From Neodothiora populina (lineage: Eukaryota): DNA of 64,000 nucleotides. Shown here in pieces: positions 1 through 12,818 of the stretch. Location: the NCBI RefSeq assembly GCF_041146345.1, contig NW_027191404.1, positions 2,604,001 through 2,668,000 on the forward strand. Reading direction: 5' to 3'. The position numbers and the translations under genes were made by a program. How positions within the stretch are numbered: position 1 is the first letter of the stretch; each line of letters begins with the position of its first letter. The notes under the pieces are model-generated. The model ran no database searches. It was not told the DNA's origin and saw only the letters and a list, made by a program, of their open reading frames with translations.

Positions 1-3000
1 ATATTCCAGACCTCATGAAAGTCATCATCGACAGTCTCCAAGATCTCAGCTCCGAGATGAAGCGAAGGGCTGCCCTGAAGACTCTTGGTCAACTTGCTAG
101 TAGCTCGGGATATGTCATTGACCCATACACTGAACATCCGGAACTACTGGCTATACTCGTCGCTATCATCAGAGACGGCGAGCGTGGTGAATTGCGGCAT
201 GAGACGATCAGGCTCATGGGTATCTTGGGTGCTCTGGACCCTTACAAGCATCAGGTAATGGAACAGTCTCCGGAGAGCAACTTGATCCAGGAGTCTCAGC
301 AAGTCAACGACGTCACTCTGATCATGCGCGGTATCACCCCTTCACATGAGGATTATTACCCCACCGTAGTCATTACGACGTTGATGGGAATGCTGAAGGA
401 GCCAACACTATCACAACACCACTACGCTGTGGTAGAGGCAGTCATGGCTATTTACAAGACTATGGGTCTCAAGTGTGTTGGATTCCTAGATAAGGTCGTC
501 CCGGGTATACTGCTGGTCATACGAGGCGCCTCGTCCGGAAGTATCGACGGCTACTTCAATCATCTTAGCACATTAGTCCGCATTGTGAGGCAACACATCA
601 GGCCGCATCTTCCAGAGATCCTCTCGACCGTTCGGGACTTCTGGATGGAACACCCACAATACCAGCCAACAATGTTGTCTCTGATTGAAGCCATCGCAGA
701 GTCACTAGAAGGCGAGTTCAAGATATATCTTGCGGATGTGCTCCCACTCATGCTCGGCGCACTCGAGCGAAGAGATCGCAGGACATCAGAGAGAGTATTG
801 CACGCTTTCCTTGTATTTGGATCTAGTGCCGAAGAATACATGCATTTGATCATCCCGGTGATCGTGCGGATATTCGAGAAGCCTACTGAAGACAAAGATC
901 GAGAGATTCCACTCAAGAGAATGGCAATCGAGACGATAGGAAAGCTTTCGAGACATGTCAATATCTCCGAATTCGCTGCAAAGATCATACATCCTCTATC
1001 AAGAGTGCTTGCTAGCAATGACACAGAGCTGAAGTCGACTGCACTGGACACATTGTGCGCGCTGATCTTCCAGCTTGGACCCGACTACATTCACTTTATA
1101 CCAACAGTCAACAAGATTCTGGTCAGACATAGAGTGCCGCACACAAACTACTCATTGATCGTTGGTAAGCTTCAGAAGGGCGAACCCTTACCACAAGATC
1201 TCAGTCCCGACGAACTATACAGGAGAGATGTCACAGAAACAGAGGATCTGCAAGTGTCTACGAAGAAGCCCGCAGTCAACCAACAGCATCTCAAGACAGC
1301 GTGGGAGGCCAATTCGAAATCTACCAAGGAAGATTGGCAAGAATGGATACGGCGTTTCAGTATTGAATTGCTGAGAGAATCACCACAACAAGCACTCCGA
1401 GCCTGTCAGAATCTGGCGACCGTATACACGCCACTCGCCAGATCGCTTTTTAATTCTGCTTTCGTTTCGTGCTGGACTGAATTATATGATCAATATCAAG
1501 AAGAACTTGTCCGTTCAATTGAGATAGCTTTGACTTCTCCACACATACCTCCCGAGATTCTACAGATTCTGTTGAATTTGGCAGAATTCATGGAGCATGA
1601 TGACAAGGCACTGCCCATTGACGTCCGAACTCTTGGAATGTATGCAGGAAAGTGTCACGCTTTCGCGAAGGCACTGCATTACAAGGAACTCGAATTCAAC
1701 GCCGAGCAAAATGCCAGCAATGTCGAAGCTTTGATCAGTATCAACAATCAACTGCAACAGACCGATGCGGCTTTTGGTATCCTTCGAAAAGCTCAAGGAT
1801 TTGTTGATGTCCAGATGAAGGAGACTTGGTTCGAGAAGCTACAACGATGGGAAGAGGCCCTTACAGCATACCAAAGACGCGAGAGAGACGAGCCTGATTC
1901 CTTTGAGGTCATCATGGGCAAGATGCGCTGTCTCCACGCTCTCGGTGAATGGGAAGTTCTTTCCACTCTTGCCCAAGAGAAATGGATGCATGCATCTTCG
2001 GCAAATCGTAAATCGATCGCTGCACTTGCTGCAGCTGCAGCTTGGGGAATGGGTCAATGGGAGTTGATGGACCAGTATCTTACTGTCATGGGACAAGGAT
2101 CCCCCGACAGATCATTCTTCGGTGCCATTCTGTCCATCCATCGCAACCAGTTCCCAGATGCTCAAGCACACATCGATAATGCCAGGAGCGGGCTGGTGAC
2201 AGAGCTAAGTTCACTACTAGGGGAGTCGTACACCCGCGCATATAGCGTCGTGGTAAGGGTACAGATGCTCGCTGAGCTGGAAGAAATCGTCCAGTATAAG
2301 GAAAGCATTAGCAATCCCGCCAAACAAGAACGCATGCGTTCCATGTGGACCAAACGTCTGATGGGTTGTCAACGCAATGTCGAAGTCTGGCAGAGAATGC
2401 TCAAGGTCCGTGCTCTTGTCATCTCGCCGCCCGAAAACGCCGATATGTACATCAAGTTCGCCAGTATCTGTCAAAAGTCTGGACGAACAGGTCTTGCAGA
2501 AAAGGCTCTGAATTCACTACTTGGCTGGCAAGGTAGTTTGACTACGCCCGAAGGTCAAGAACGAACTCTCAAGGCCGACTATCCTGTCCAATATGCCGTG
2601 TACAAATTCATGTGGTCTAATGGCTATGCCCAGGGAGCTCTTTCTAGCTTGAAGAACTTCACTGAGAGGTTACGTGTGGACTACGAACATCGCACCCACG
2701 CCAACCTGCAGTCTGGAGTGAACGGCATGAACGGTGTTAATGGAATCAATGGCACCAACGGTACCAATGGCATCCATTTCCCGGGCACAACGAATGGACA
2801 AGCAACAGAAAAGGAGATGGCTCAGCTTGCAGATTGGCAACAATTACTCGCCAGATGCTATCTCAAACAAGGCGACTGGCTGACTGTCGAGATGCGTGGT
2901 GAATGGGATCCTCAGCACGTCCATGAAATCAGGTCTTCCTACAAAGCAGCCACACATTACAACCAAGACTGGTACAAGGCATGGCATGCCTGGGCCTTGG

Positions 3001-5134
3001 CCAATTTTGAGGTTGTCACTGCAATGACCATCAACAGAGATCGTGACGGTGCTGCCTTCCAGCCTAGATACATCACAGATTATGTGGTGCCGGCCATCCA
3101 TGGATTCTTCAAATCAATTGCTCTGTCTTCGTCCAGCTCTTTGCAAGATACGCTTCGTCTGCTGACACTCTGGTTCAACCATGGTGAACACCAAGAGGTC
3201 AATTCAGCAGTCACTCAGGGTGTGACAACAGTCAGTATCGATACCTGGCTTGAGGTGATTCCTCAGCTCATCGCAAGAATCAACCAACCAAACAGACTGG
3301 TCAGAGATTCTATTCACCATCTTCTGTGTGAAGTTGGTAGAGCACATCCTCAAGCACTTGTTTATCCTTTGACAGTCTCCATCAAATCCGACGACAAGGA
3401 CAGATCTAGGGCCGCAAGCGAAATCATGACGTCTATGGAACAACACAGCCCGTTGCTCTGTAGGCAGGCTGCCCCAGTTGCACACGAGCTTATCCGTATT
3501 GCGGTACTCTGGCATGAGCAATGGCACGAGGGACTTGAAGAAGCTTCTCGACTGTATTTTGGTGACCACGATATTGACGGAATGTTGAGAACACTAGAAC
3601 CTCTACATAAGATGCTTGACGAGGGCCCGGAGACGTTGCGAGAGATCTCTTTCATACAGAGCTTCGGCCGAGACCTTGCAGAAGCACGCGACTGGTGCAA
3701 TAACTTCAAACGATCGGGTGAAGTCGGTGATCTCAATCAAGCCTGGGATCTTTACTATGGCGTCTTCAAACGCATCGCACGACAATTGCCACAGCTGTCC
3801 AACCTCGAGCTTACGTACGTTTCTCCTAAACTCAAAGCCGTTCACGACTTGGAGTTGGCAGTTCCCGGAACTTATAGGAGTGGAAAGCCTATCGTTCGCA
3901 TCATATCATTCGACCCTGTTTCCACTGTCATTCAATCGAAGCAGCGACCGAGAAAGCTTGCACTCAAAGGTAGCGATGGCAACAGTTATACGTATGTCCT
4001 CAAGGGCCACGAGGATATTCGTCAAGACGAGCGTGTCATGCAACTTTTTGGTCTAGTGAACACGCTTCTTGCCAATGATCCGGAATGTCTGAAGCGACAT
4101 CTCAATATTCAACGCTATGCTGCTATTCCGTTGTCGACACAATCTGGGCTCCTGGGATGGGTGCCTAACAGTGACACCCTTCATGTCTTGATCAAAGAGT
4201 ATAGAGATAGTCGCAAGATCCTTTTGAACATCGAGCATCGTATCATGTTGCAGATGGCACCGGATTATGACAATCTCACGTTGATGCAGAAGGTTGAAGT
4301 CTTTGGCTATGCGCTGGACAACACGACTGGCCAAGATCTGTACCGAGTGCTCTGGCTGAAGTCCAAATCATCTGAAGCCTGGCTCGAGCGAAGGACGAAC
4401 TACACTCGTTCCTTGGCTGTCATGTCCATGGTCGGATATATTCTTGGACTTGGCGACAGACATCCGTCAAATTTGATGCTTGATCGTGCTACCGGCAAGA
4501 TCATCCATATCGATTTCGGAGACTGCTTTGAAGTGGCCATGCACAGAGAGAAATACCCCGAACGTGTGCCATTCCGGTTGACGAGAATGCTTACATTCGC
4601 CATGGAAGTCAGTAATATTGAGGGATCTTTCAGAACAACATGTGAACATACAATGCGGGTATTGCGTCAAAACAAGGAGTCTGTGCTGGCAGTACTCGAA
4701 GCTGTAAGTCTTACATTTCATCGTTTTCATGTAAAGACAAATACTAACACCGATTTCAGTTCATTCACGACCCTCTTCTTACATGGCGACTCGGCAACAA
4801 AGACTCGCCTCCGGAACCTTCATTCCCATCTGAACGCCGTACATCTATCATCGGTGATCTCGAGGGCCCACAGCGGTCTTCGTCATCGATTCCTGGTCGA
4901 CCTGGCGGTGGCCGCGGACGTGGATCGATTGCTGCACCCCCAGAGGAACACAAGGAAGTGCAGAACGCAAGAGCCTTGCAGGTGCTGGCAAGAGTCAAGG
5001 AGAAACTTACAGGCAGAGATTTCAAGAAGGATCAAGAACTTGATGTGCCTTATCAAGTCGAGAAGTTGCTCAGTGAAGCAACGAACCTGGAGAACCTGTG
5101 TCAACACTATGGAGGTTGGTGTTCTTTCTGGTAG
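1..5134 (+). CDS. TOR: TOR serine/threonine kinase (PIKK family), 5'-truncated by window edge; intron 4704-4759
   Basis: HEAT/FAT region, FRB motif LWHEQWHEGLEEASRLYF and kinase motifs KGHEDIRQDERVMQ, GLGDRHPSN and HIDFGDCFE. Removing GTAAGT...CTAAC...CAG (4704-4759) restores EAFIHDPLL and the FATC end LCQHYGGWCSFW* (TAG 5132-5134). Confidence 0.98.
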
Positions 5135-5641
5135 ATATCCATATCCTTTTCTATGGCGAAGGTGTTTTGTTTTTGCAGTATCTATGTATAATGAGTACAA
5201 TATATTATAGAGTTTCCATCTTTAGCCTTGGCAAGCCTCCTTGGGGCGATCGGTTAGCTCGGGCAGCATCGTCATCGGCTTGAGGCCAGTGCTTCTTATT
5301 GAACTTCAGATCTCCGTTAACCCTCTTTATACACGACTAGTTGGTTGCTGGTTGGTAAGTCGAGACATAATTATCTTCCCTGTCATCTCACCTCTCTCAT
5401 TCTGTCTTGATCATCTTGAGGATTAATTGATGTACGTGAGAATGATTTTGTGATTTGCCGCTGCTAGTTCGGACATCGCATAGTACACCGTTCGGCCTTC
5501 TCACCGACCATCATCATTGTTCACAAATGAACCCAGTCTTTGCCAACTCTTTTTCCTTTCAACACTCAATGGGCCGCATTATCCGGAATATGAATATTGA
5601 GGAATCGTCTGGCTACTTTGTCACTTCATATTTATCCCACC

Positions 5642-7456
5642 ATGGATCATGACATCGAACGTGGCGGGACTTGGGAGAGTGACATGGCCGACGTCTCGCT
5701 TAATGTCAGGGAAAGTGGAAACAGTTCGGCATATATCATAGCGAACAACAATAACGCAGGTCACGGAGGCACCAGCTATCGGCATGCGAATGCGGCCAAC
5801 AATAACAACAACAGTGCATCTTGGCAGAGGCAGTGGGCGATCTCAACACCTATGCGCAGTCGTGAGGAAGAAGAGGCGGAGGGGAGAGGTTCAGTCCGTG
5901 AAAGCGAGCTGGCCAAGACTGCAACCGAATCTAGTGCTGGGGTTGTCTTGCATCTTACATGGAAGCAAAGGATCAAGCATTTTACATTTACGTGGTTTAC
6001 TGTGAGGACTTTGATTTCTGCGATGCATGTAAAACCGGAACTGATGATGGCGGCAGATGACTATGGCTACGGGTCAGTTGTCCAATGTGCTCTATCAAGG
6101 TATTTTTCCTCTGGCGGAAAGGAGTCCTACTACCCTTGTCTGATATACTTGCGAAGTTCCTTATCGATTCAATGGTCTCTATGCAATAGGTTGCATATTC
6201 TTTATATTGAACATTGTCCTGTTCATCTTCAATGTTACTTTGTTGTCTCTCCGCTTCTACTGGCACCCGCAGACTTTCAAGACTTCGCTTCGACATCCAA
6301 CGGAGAGTCTTTTTGTCCCTGCTGCGGTCATTAGTATTGGCACGATACTCACCAATATCAGCGAATACGGCTATCACCATGGAGCTACCGGAGCCTGGCT
6401 CAAGAGTGTGATGATTGTTCTGTTCTGGGTGTACTGTGGAGTGGCTCTGACCTTCACTTGTGGCATTTACTTGATATTGTAAGTTTTGCGGCCGTCAATT
6501 GGCGACTTTTCTGATACGTCGCAGATGGTCTACGCAGACATTCACCATTTCCGAGATGACACCAGTGTGGATCTTTCCAGCTTACCCGCTTCTGGTCATC
6601 GGTCCCCATGCTGGTATCCTCTCTCAACATGTCGGAGGAAACAGAGGCCTTGATATCATTATCGGGGGTTTCGTCATGCAGGGTATCGGGTTCATGGTGT
6701 CTTTGATGGTCTATTCGGCCTTTCTGTATCGCCTCATGACACAGAAACTGCCCAAAGAGAGCCTGAGACCGGGCATGTTCATCTCCGTTGGACCATCAGG
6801 CTTCACCATATCAGGTCTCATCAGCATGGCTAGAAACATTCCGAACGTTATCCCGCCCAACTTCATGGGTATTGGAGATATGGCTGGTACCATCACCATC
6901 GTGTTAGCCAATTGGGCAGGAATCTGGCTTTGGGGGTAATTCTCTTCTTTCTCTGCTTCCAATAATCTCTGCTGACTGGACGCCAATCAGGCTTGCGATC
7001 TTCTTCTTCATTGTGTCAGTCGGCGCACATTACTCTTGCCTGGGACATGGCAAGTACCCGTTCGCAATGACGTGGTTCAGTTTCATATTCCCGAACACGG
7101 CATTGACAGTAAGTGTTCTTTTTTCGGCCAGACAAATCCATTACCCATCTAAACTGACTTGTTTTCCTCAGACTGCAACATTTGCTGTAGCACAAGCCTT
7201 GGACAACAAACCAATCAAGATAGTAGGCTGTGTTTTCTCCTGCTTGTTGATCTGCATGTGGTTTTTCGTCGTGGCAATGATGTTCCGAGCGGTTGCCACG
7301 AAACAGATATTGTGGCCACAGAAGCAAGAGGACAGAGACGAAGGTGGTTGGCAACTGAATCAAGAATTGAAGAACAGGGAGAGACGTGTGGCCTCGAGGA
7401 GGAATAATACTGCGACTACTCAAGGGACGAGTAGGACAGAAGGTGGCGGAGCATAG
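5642..7456 (+). CDS. TDT/SLAC1-family C4-dicarboxylate (malate)/sulfite transporter, Mae1-like; introns 6002-6056, 6100-6156, 6479-6524, 6936-6990, 7109-7171
   Basis: The spliced product has RIKHFTFTWFT-MTMATG, HPTESLF, MTPVWIFPAYP, RPGMFISVGPSGFT and WFSFIFPN, and many TM helices. All five introns are GT-AG and restore the frame. Confidence 0.9.
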
Positions 7457-9109
7457 ATTCTTCTTTTTTTTATGACATGATAACATTCTTCCCTACGCAC
7501 TATGCGTAGTATTCCATGTCGAAAACGGTTCCAGCGACAGGGACCCTGTCCACGGAGGAAGCAAAAGCCCTTGTCTCGCTTGCATGTTCGCTTCTTTCAC
7601 TCAGGATCTCACCCCTGGTCTTGCTCAGGTACTCGATCTCTCCCCCTGTAAGAGTCGATGCCGATCTGTGTTTCAGGCAGCGTCAAGAGTTCACGCCCCG
7701 ACCCGCCCCGCGCCCCCCGCGCGCCCGACAAGCGTCTCATCATGAGTCTGGATATGGACCCATGTTACAGTACAAGTACAGTACACTTTCTTCTGCTGGT
7801 CGTGAAGTAATGTTATTGCACACATCTGTCATAGACTCCGCTGCCGCTCTTAGCGATGCGCGAGGAATGGCTCTACTACTGCCGAGTACATGTCTCCCGG
7901 GCTCGTGGCTTACCCAGGTACCTGTTTCGTCAGACCCGCAAGCGAGGGACTTTCGCGACGTGGTACCTGACAAGCAAACAAACCTTCCTTCCACTCGTTT
8001 TTCTTCCTTCGTCGCAGGACGCATTAAGCGAACAAGGAACGAGCCGGAAGAAGCATGATGGCGAGACTCTTGCACAAAACGTGCGTCGTCATCCACGCTT
8101 TGCCTCTCAGACAACCTTGTGGGGAGGAAGGGAGTAGAGTGGAGATGCTGAAACGCTGGCGTCAGGTCTCTGTGACTTCGATGGCAGCTAGATCTGAGGT
8201 CTGAACAACTGCCGACTGGTAGACTGACTGGGATCGACTCTCTCTTCTTTTTGTTGTCTGTTCTGAGTCCATTGTTCACTAAGTGGCTGGCATCCTCAAT
8301 ACCTTCTGGTCTGGGATCCACTTCCATTCTTCTCGGATCTAGCCCCGGGCAGGAGTCAGAGGCCGTGGGTCGATAGTGTTCCCATATTGTATGCGATATA
8401 TAGACATATACACGACCGGCGACTTGGGGCAAGGGGGGCAATGATCAGAGCCAAGTGGCGGCGTCTCGCATGTTTGATGGATATAGCATGGTGACTACTA
8501 TAGGATCCGGTGCGGACCAAAGGCCCCTCAACCCAGCGAAAGTATATCTTCCTGCTTCGATCGCAGTGCTATAGATCTCGCGGCAAGGGCGTCAAGAGCG
8601 AAAGAAACATGGTTCAGCCCGCTCTTAATGAGACCAACCAATACTGATGACAAAGAAGTACCGAGTGCGGATCTGATCGCCGAGTCGTCATGAGAGGGAT
8701 AGAGAGAGAGGTACGCACTTACGATCGGGTCATGTGTGTTGTCCGCTGTTTGGCCCCCTCTCTCTCGCTCTCCTGTTCTCTGTCTTTGCTCACTTTCATG
8801 TCCTTTTGTCTCGCCCTGGAGATGAAGGTTTGGACCACCACACGCGTTCCCCTTCCCGTTTCACGCTGACGCGGGTGGAGCAGTGGAGACCGTAGGGAGA
8901 CTTGCAAGCATTATCCATGTGCAGTGTTGGAGGTTGATGGTTTGCGAACCTGACATGTGCCGTCATGACTTCTTCTGGAGTGTTAGTGGAAGGGGGAGGG
9001 ATGCAAATGTATTCATATAAAAGACTAGGTGCTTTCCCCAAGTAAACCCTTCGGATTCCAAAGCAATTATACAAAAGTTCTTGACCAATTTGTAAAAAGT
9101 AACGACAAC

Positions 9110-9837
9110 ATGTACATGACCACATCTTTCCTCCTCGCCGCAGCGAGCTTGACTTCGGCTGCGACGACTTACAAGGCTTCTTTCACAGAGTATGGCAGCA
9201 GCGACAGCAACGGCAGTGGAAACTGCAATGTAGCGACTTCGGCATGCGGATACTACACAAACGTAAGCATTGTTTCCGGGCCCATCCTGACATGGTCTTT
9301 TCCCCTTCCTTGTGATTGGTAGAGACACACCCTCTGGCGATTGAAAACAAGCTGAGAAACCGCAAACGATATAGCCAGGCTACTCAGTAGCCGTATCTCA
9401 AAACCTCTACGGAGCAGGCCCAGGAGCAGGCGCCGGTCCTGACTGCGGCAAATGCTACAAATTGACGGTTCAGACCGACAGTTCGGGCAACAAGGTGTCC
9501 AACGCCGGTAACAGCATTGTCGCCAAGGTGACCAATCTATGTCCTTGTACGTTATTCTTGCCTATCTGCCTCTTCCTGATGCCTTTCTTTCGGTCGTGCC
9601 TCTTATATGCTGGTAATGGTGTTGTTGATGTCTTTTTCTCTTGTAGCCGATGGAAACCCTCTCTGCTCGCAAGGCAGTCTCACGGACACGAACCAGTATG
9701 GCGCAAATGTCAATTTTGATACTTGCATTGATTCCGGAGCGAGCAAGGCTCTGTTTGGTGATTCGGGAGTTGGACTGGGTATCGGTACTGCTGAGGAGGT
9801 CGATTGCACTTCGTGGAGTGGATCCGTGATTCAGTGA
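9110..9837 (+). CDS. Small secreted DPBB/barwin-fold protein resembling GH45 (subfamily B-like) endoglucanases; introns 9263-9374, 9547-9646
   Basis: Signal peptide, SACG, GAGPGAGAGPDCGKCYKLT, VTNLCP-SDGN-x-LC and TNQYGANVNFD resemble the VTNLCP..GN..WC...NQYGY..HFD pattern of EGV-type GH45. Confidence 0.75.
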
Positions 9838-11152
9838 TCTGTTTCTTTCTTGAGCTTGGGCTCGATGTTCCCTCGTAGCTGAAGCATAATAGGCTTGCGT
9901 GAGGTTGAGGCCGCCATGAGGGAGTTGAGAGAGATTATGGACATCACTGTCGCTATCGAAAAGTATGAATACAACATGCTAAATGAAAAGAACATGTATA
10001 CTTGACAGTCACTCAGCACATACCACAGTGACATCAAGATCTACACGTCGGGACATCTTGCTCGGTGGGTGTATGCGTCGACTAAGGCGCTTCCTGCGTC
10101 TCCGGGCAGATTGTAGTGAGAAGCGAGTCAGCGGCGAGGATATGTATGTAAGGAAGTGTCGATCAAGACTTGATGAATGCTATGACAACATTTGCTGACG
10201 GAGGAGCAGTACGAGATAGTCCTAGCTCAGTATAAAGCAGGCGGACAGTACCACCCGATCTGATCTGAACGCCCAAGAGAGTACGCCCATGGATCCAGGA
10301 CAAGCAACCAGAAAAAATCAGATCAGAATTGCGAAAACCACAACCCTTGATGTCAATGAGACTACCCCAACCACGCGAGAAAGGGGAGCGCTGGCTCTCT
10401 TTTTCCGAGGCAACTCATGTTCGTGTCCAATGGTCATATGCGGGAACAGTACGATCCTATATGAACAATAAAGATGAAGATTAGTCGTGGCGGTCCTACA
10501 CTGTCTCAAGAAAGTGGCACCGCTGACAGCGCAACGAAAGCATGGTATCGTCGTAGAGAAAAAAGCCAGACATTTCTTTCGCACATGATACGAAACGATG
10601 GGTCCAAGACGAGAACGATCTTTGATTCTCACCTCGACTTGGGAGACTGAGCAACGAAAAGCGACAAGAGTTGAAGAGACGCGTGGAAGAAACAAGCTCT
10701 CTACCCCGATGATTAACTCCGTCGGTAGTTCGCCCAACGATCCAAGTATGAAAGTGGACCCTACCTTTGCTCATTTCTGCAGTAGCGACTGCAGCCTAGC
10801 AAGGCATGCGACGCTTGTATTCGTCCGCGCCGCAAAAGACTACACATATGCCCTTCCTCTCGCCGCGCCGATCTCAGGAACTCGTATCGCGTAGGATCAT
10901 CGTCCTTGACCTCTATCGATGCGTGCTCAGGACTGTCGTAACGTTTCGGACGTGTGAATCGCTCTTGATATTCTTTTTCCTGGTTGGTTTGATCGGGAGA
11001 AGGGGAGGAGAAATATCAGAAAGCACCTTGTCAGACTTACTGTTCATACATGTCACTTACCACTCGACATGCAAGTATACTGCAAGCATGTACCACTACT
11101 GTATGTCCTACGGGATAGTAGACCATGAGACCGAAGGGGAACTCCAACCGAC

Positions 11153-11178
11153 CTCTCTCTCTCTCTCTCTCTCTCTCT
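11153..11178. repeat. (CT)13 microsatellite
   Basis: Direct reading. Confidence 0.95.
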
Positions 11179-12239
11179 AGCAAGTCAATGGGGGTAAATG
11201 CCCGGACGTCATTACAGCAGAAACGACCAACCCAGTGGATCTCACGGCTAATTAGCCAGTGGTTCTCGCTCGTACTCAGCCGTGGACTCCACTATCTCCA
11301 TCCATCACCCTCCTCCCATTTTGTCTTCGTCAAACAGTACGCATACGCGCATAACGCGCAAGTCTGTTTCTCCATACAATCTGCTTTCTGTCCCCGGGTC
11401 TGCGCGGACCAACGATTTCAATCTGTGGAGAGTTGTTCGGGGGGATCAGTTGTGGAGAGGAATATGGAGGAGTGAGGTTCGTTGGCTTGCATGATGCGAG
11501 AGGGGTCACCTCATGGTACCTAGTTCATATCTATGCATGCACTACAATCATATAAGGGATTTTTTTTCGTTCCAGTGGTACAAAAGGCATTCAAGCGAAG
11601 AGATAGCGAGGCACCAAATAGCATGAAAGTCAATAGACAACAGTGATGAGACACTTCTTCGTCCGGCTCAATCGAGCAGTAAGGTAAGGTAGCAGTAGAG
11701 TTTGTAGAACGCACCAAATAAGAATGACGACAGCGGATCCAAAGATGTGATGCACCTCGGTCGGGTCTTTCGTGGCAAATACCACGGTCAAAGTCGCTCC
11801 TCCGCGATCGATGTCTACCTTACTGCATCGTAAATGGTATTGAACATGTGAGGGTCCCACTTTAGATTGGGGGGATAGCGGGTTAGACTAGCAGCACACT
11901 TGCAAACGTGCTTGATATTCGCAGTTGGGTGATAAGCTTGCAGGAGTAAGAGTCACAGCATGAATCGCCTCTACCGATAAATCTTTTGGTCCATAGTGCA
12001 ACCATTTGCCTATACAGAGGAGACAGTCACGGAAAACACAGCAGTAGTCAGATTAAAGATTCACAAAAGTATCGCAAAGCATATATCTTGAGTAGGGATA
12101 GGCTTAATTGGCACAATCCTAATAATGGCAAAGTCGGCGCCTCTTACGTCGTCGTCGCTGGTCGTCGTCTTCCGTTGCTCATGGCAGAATATGATGACTC
12201 TCGGTTGAAATGCAGCACTTCGTTTGGACATACAATCGT

Positions 12240-12387
12240 CCGGGGGCGCGATATACCCGCGAATTTCCATTTTCAGTGATAGCGCGACCATTGTCTTGCC
12301 CCAGTTGTGGAGCCCTCTCACAATCAAGGTCCGGGGGATGGAGATATTGGGCGGAGGAAAAGCTGGAGGCAAGTGGAGGGTCTCCAC
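12240..12387. promoter_or_regulatory. Cluster of CreA/Mig1-type SYGGRG sites upstream of the sugar transporter
   Basis: Eight matches on either strand at 12240, 12299, 12307, 12331, 12351, 12363, 12373 and 12382. Confidence 0.6.
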
Positions 12388-12818
12388 TTTGCACTTTAAA
12401 CCTGTGCTTGTTACTGCGCCGGAAAGAAAAAAGAGAGTCAAAGCACCAGCTCGCTTTTGCTTTCGTATATTGCCTGAATCATCAGGACCAATCACGTCAG
12501 GGTTCAAGCCTGCCGTTGAGGTGCGAGGACGAGTAACGTCGCATCCAACGGGAGTGTCTTTTTTGGTATCATGCCTACCATGCCTGAACCAGCTCGGCAT
12601 TACTCCGCGGCACGGACACTTTCGATGGTCCTTTACAACCACGAAGACACGACAGGATATGAGATCACTCGATTATATGATGTGGGATCCACACGTCGTA
12701 GTAGGAGTAGGTCACTACCATACTACAGCATGAACTCCTCCAGGTTTTTAAGTAGAGCGGATCCTCCTCCATTTCCCCATGGGACACTTCCTCACTTTCC
12801 TTCTCCACACCCGCCGAC

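Noticed and set aside
4704..5210. C-terminal tail of the 1731-aa ORF as given in the track
   Set aside because: It is read-through of an intron; splicing gives the canonical TOR FATC end at 5134.
7516..8441. Overlapping 180-aa (+) and 233-aa (-) ORFs
   Set aside because: No recognisable motif or convincing splice structure. A small real gene cannot be excluded.
10289..12733. Many short ORFs upstream of the sugar transporter
   Set aside because: No homology cues or codon bias; more likely regulatory or intergenic.
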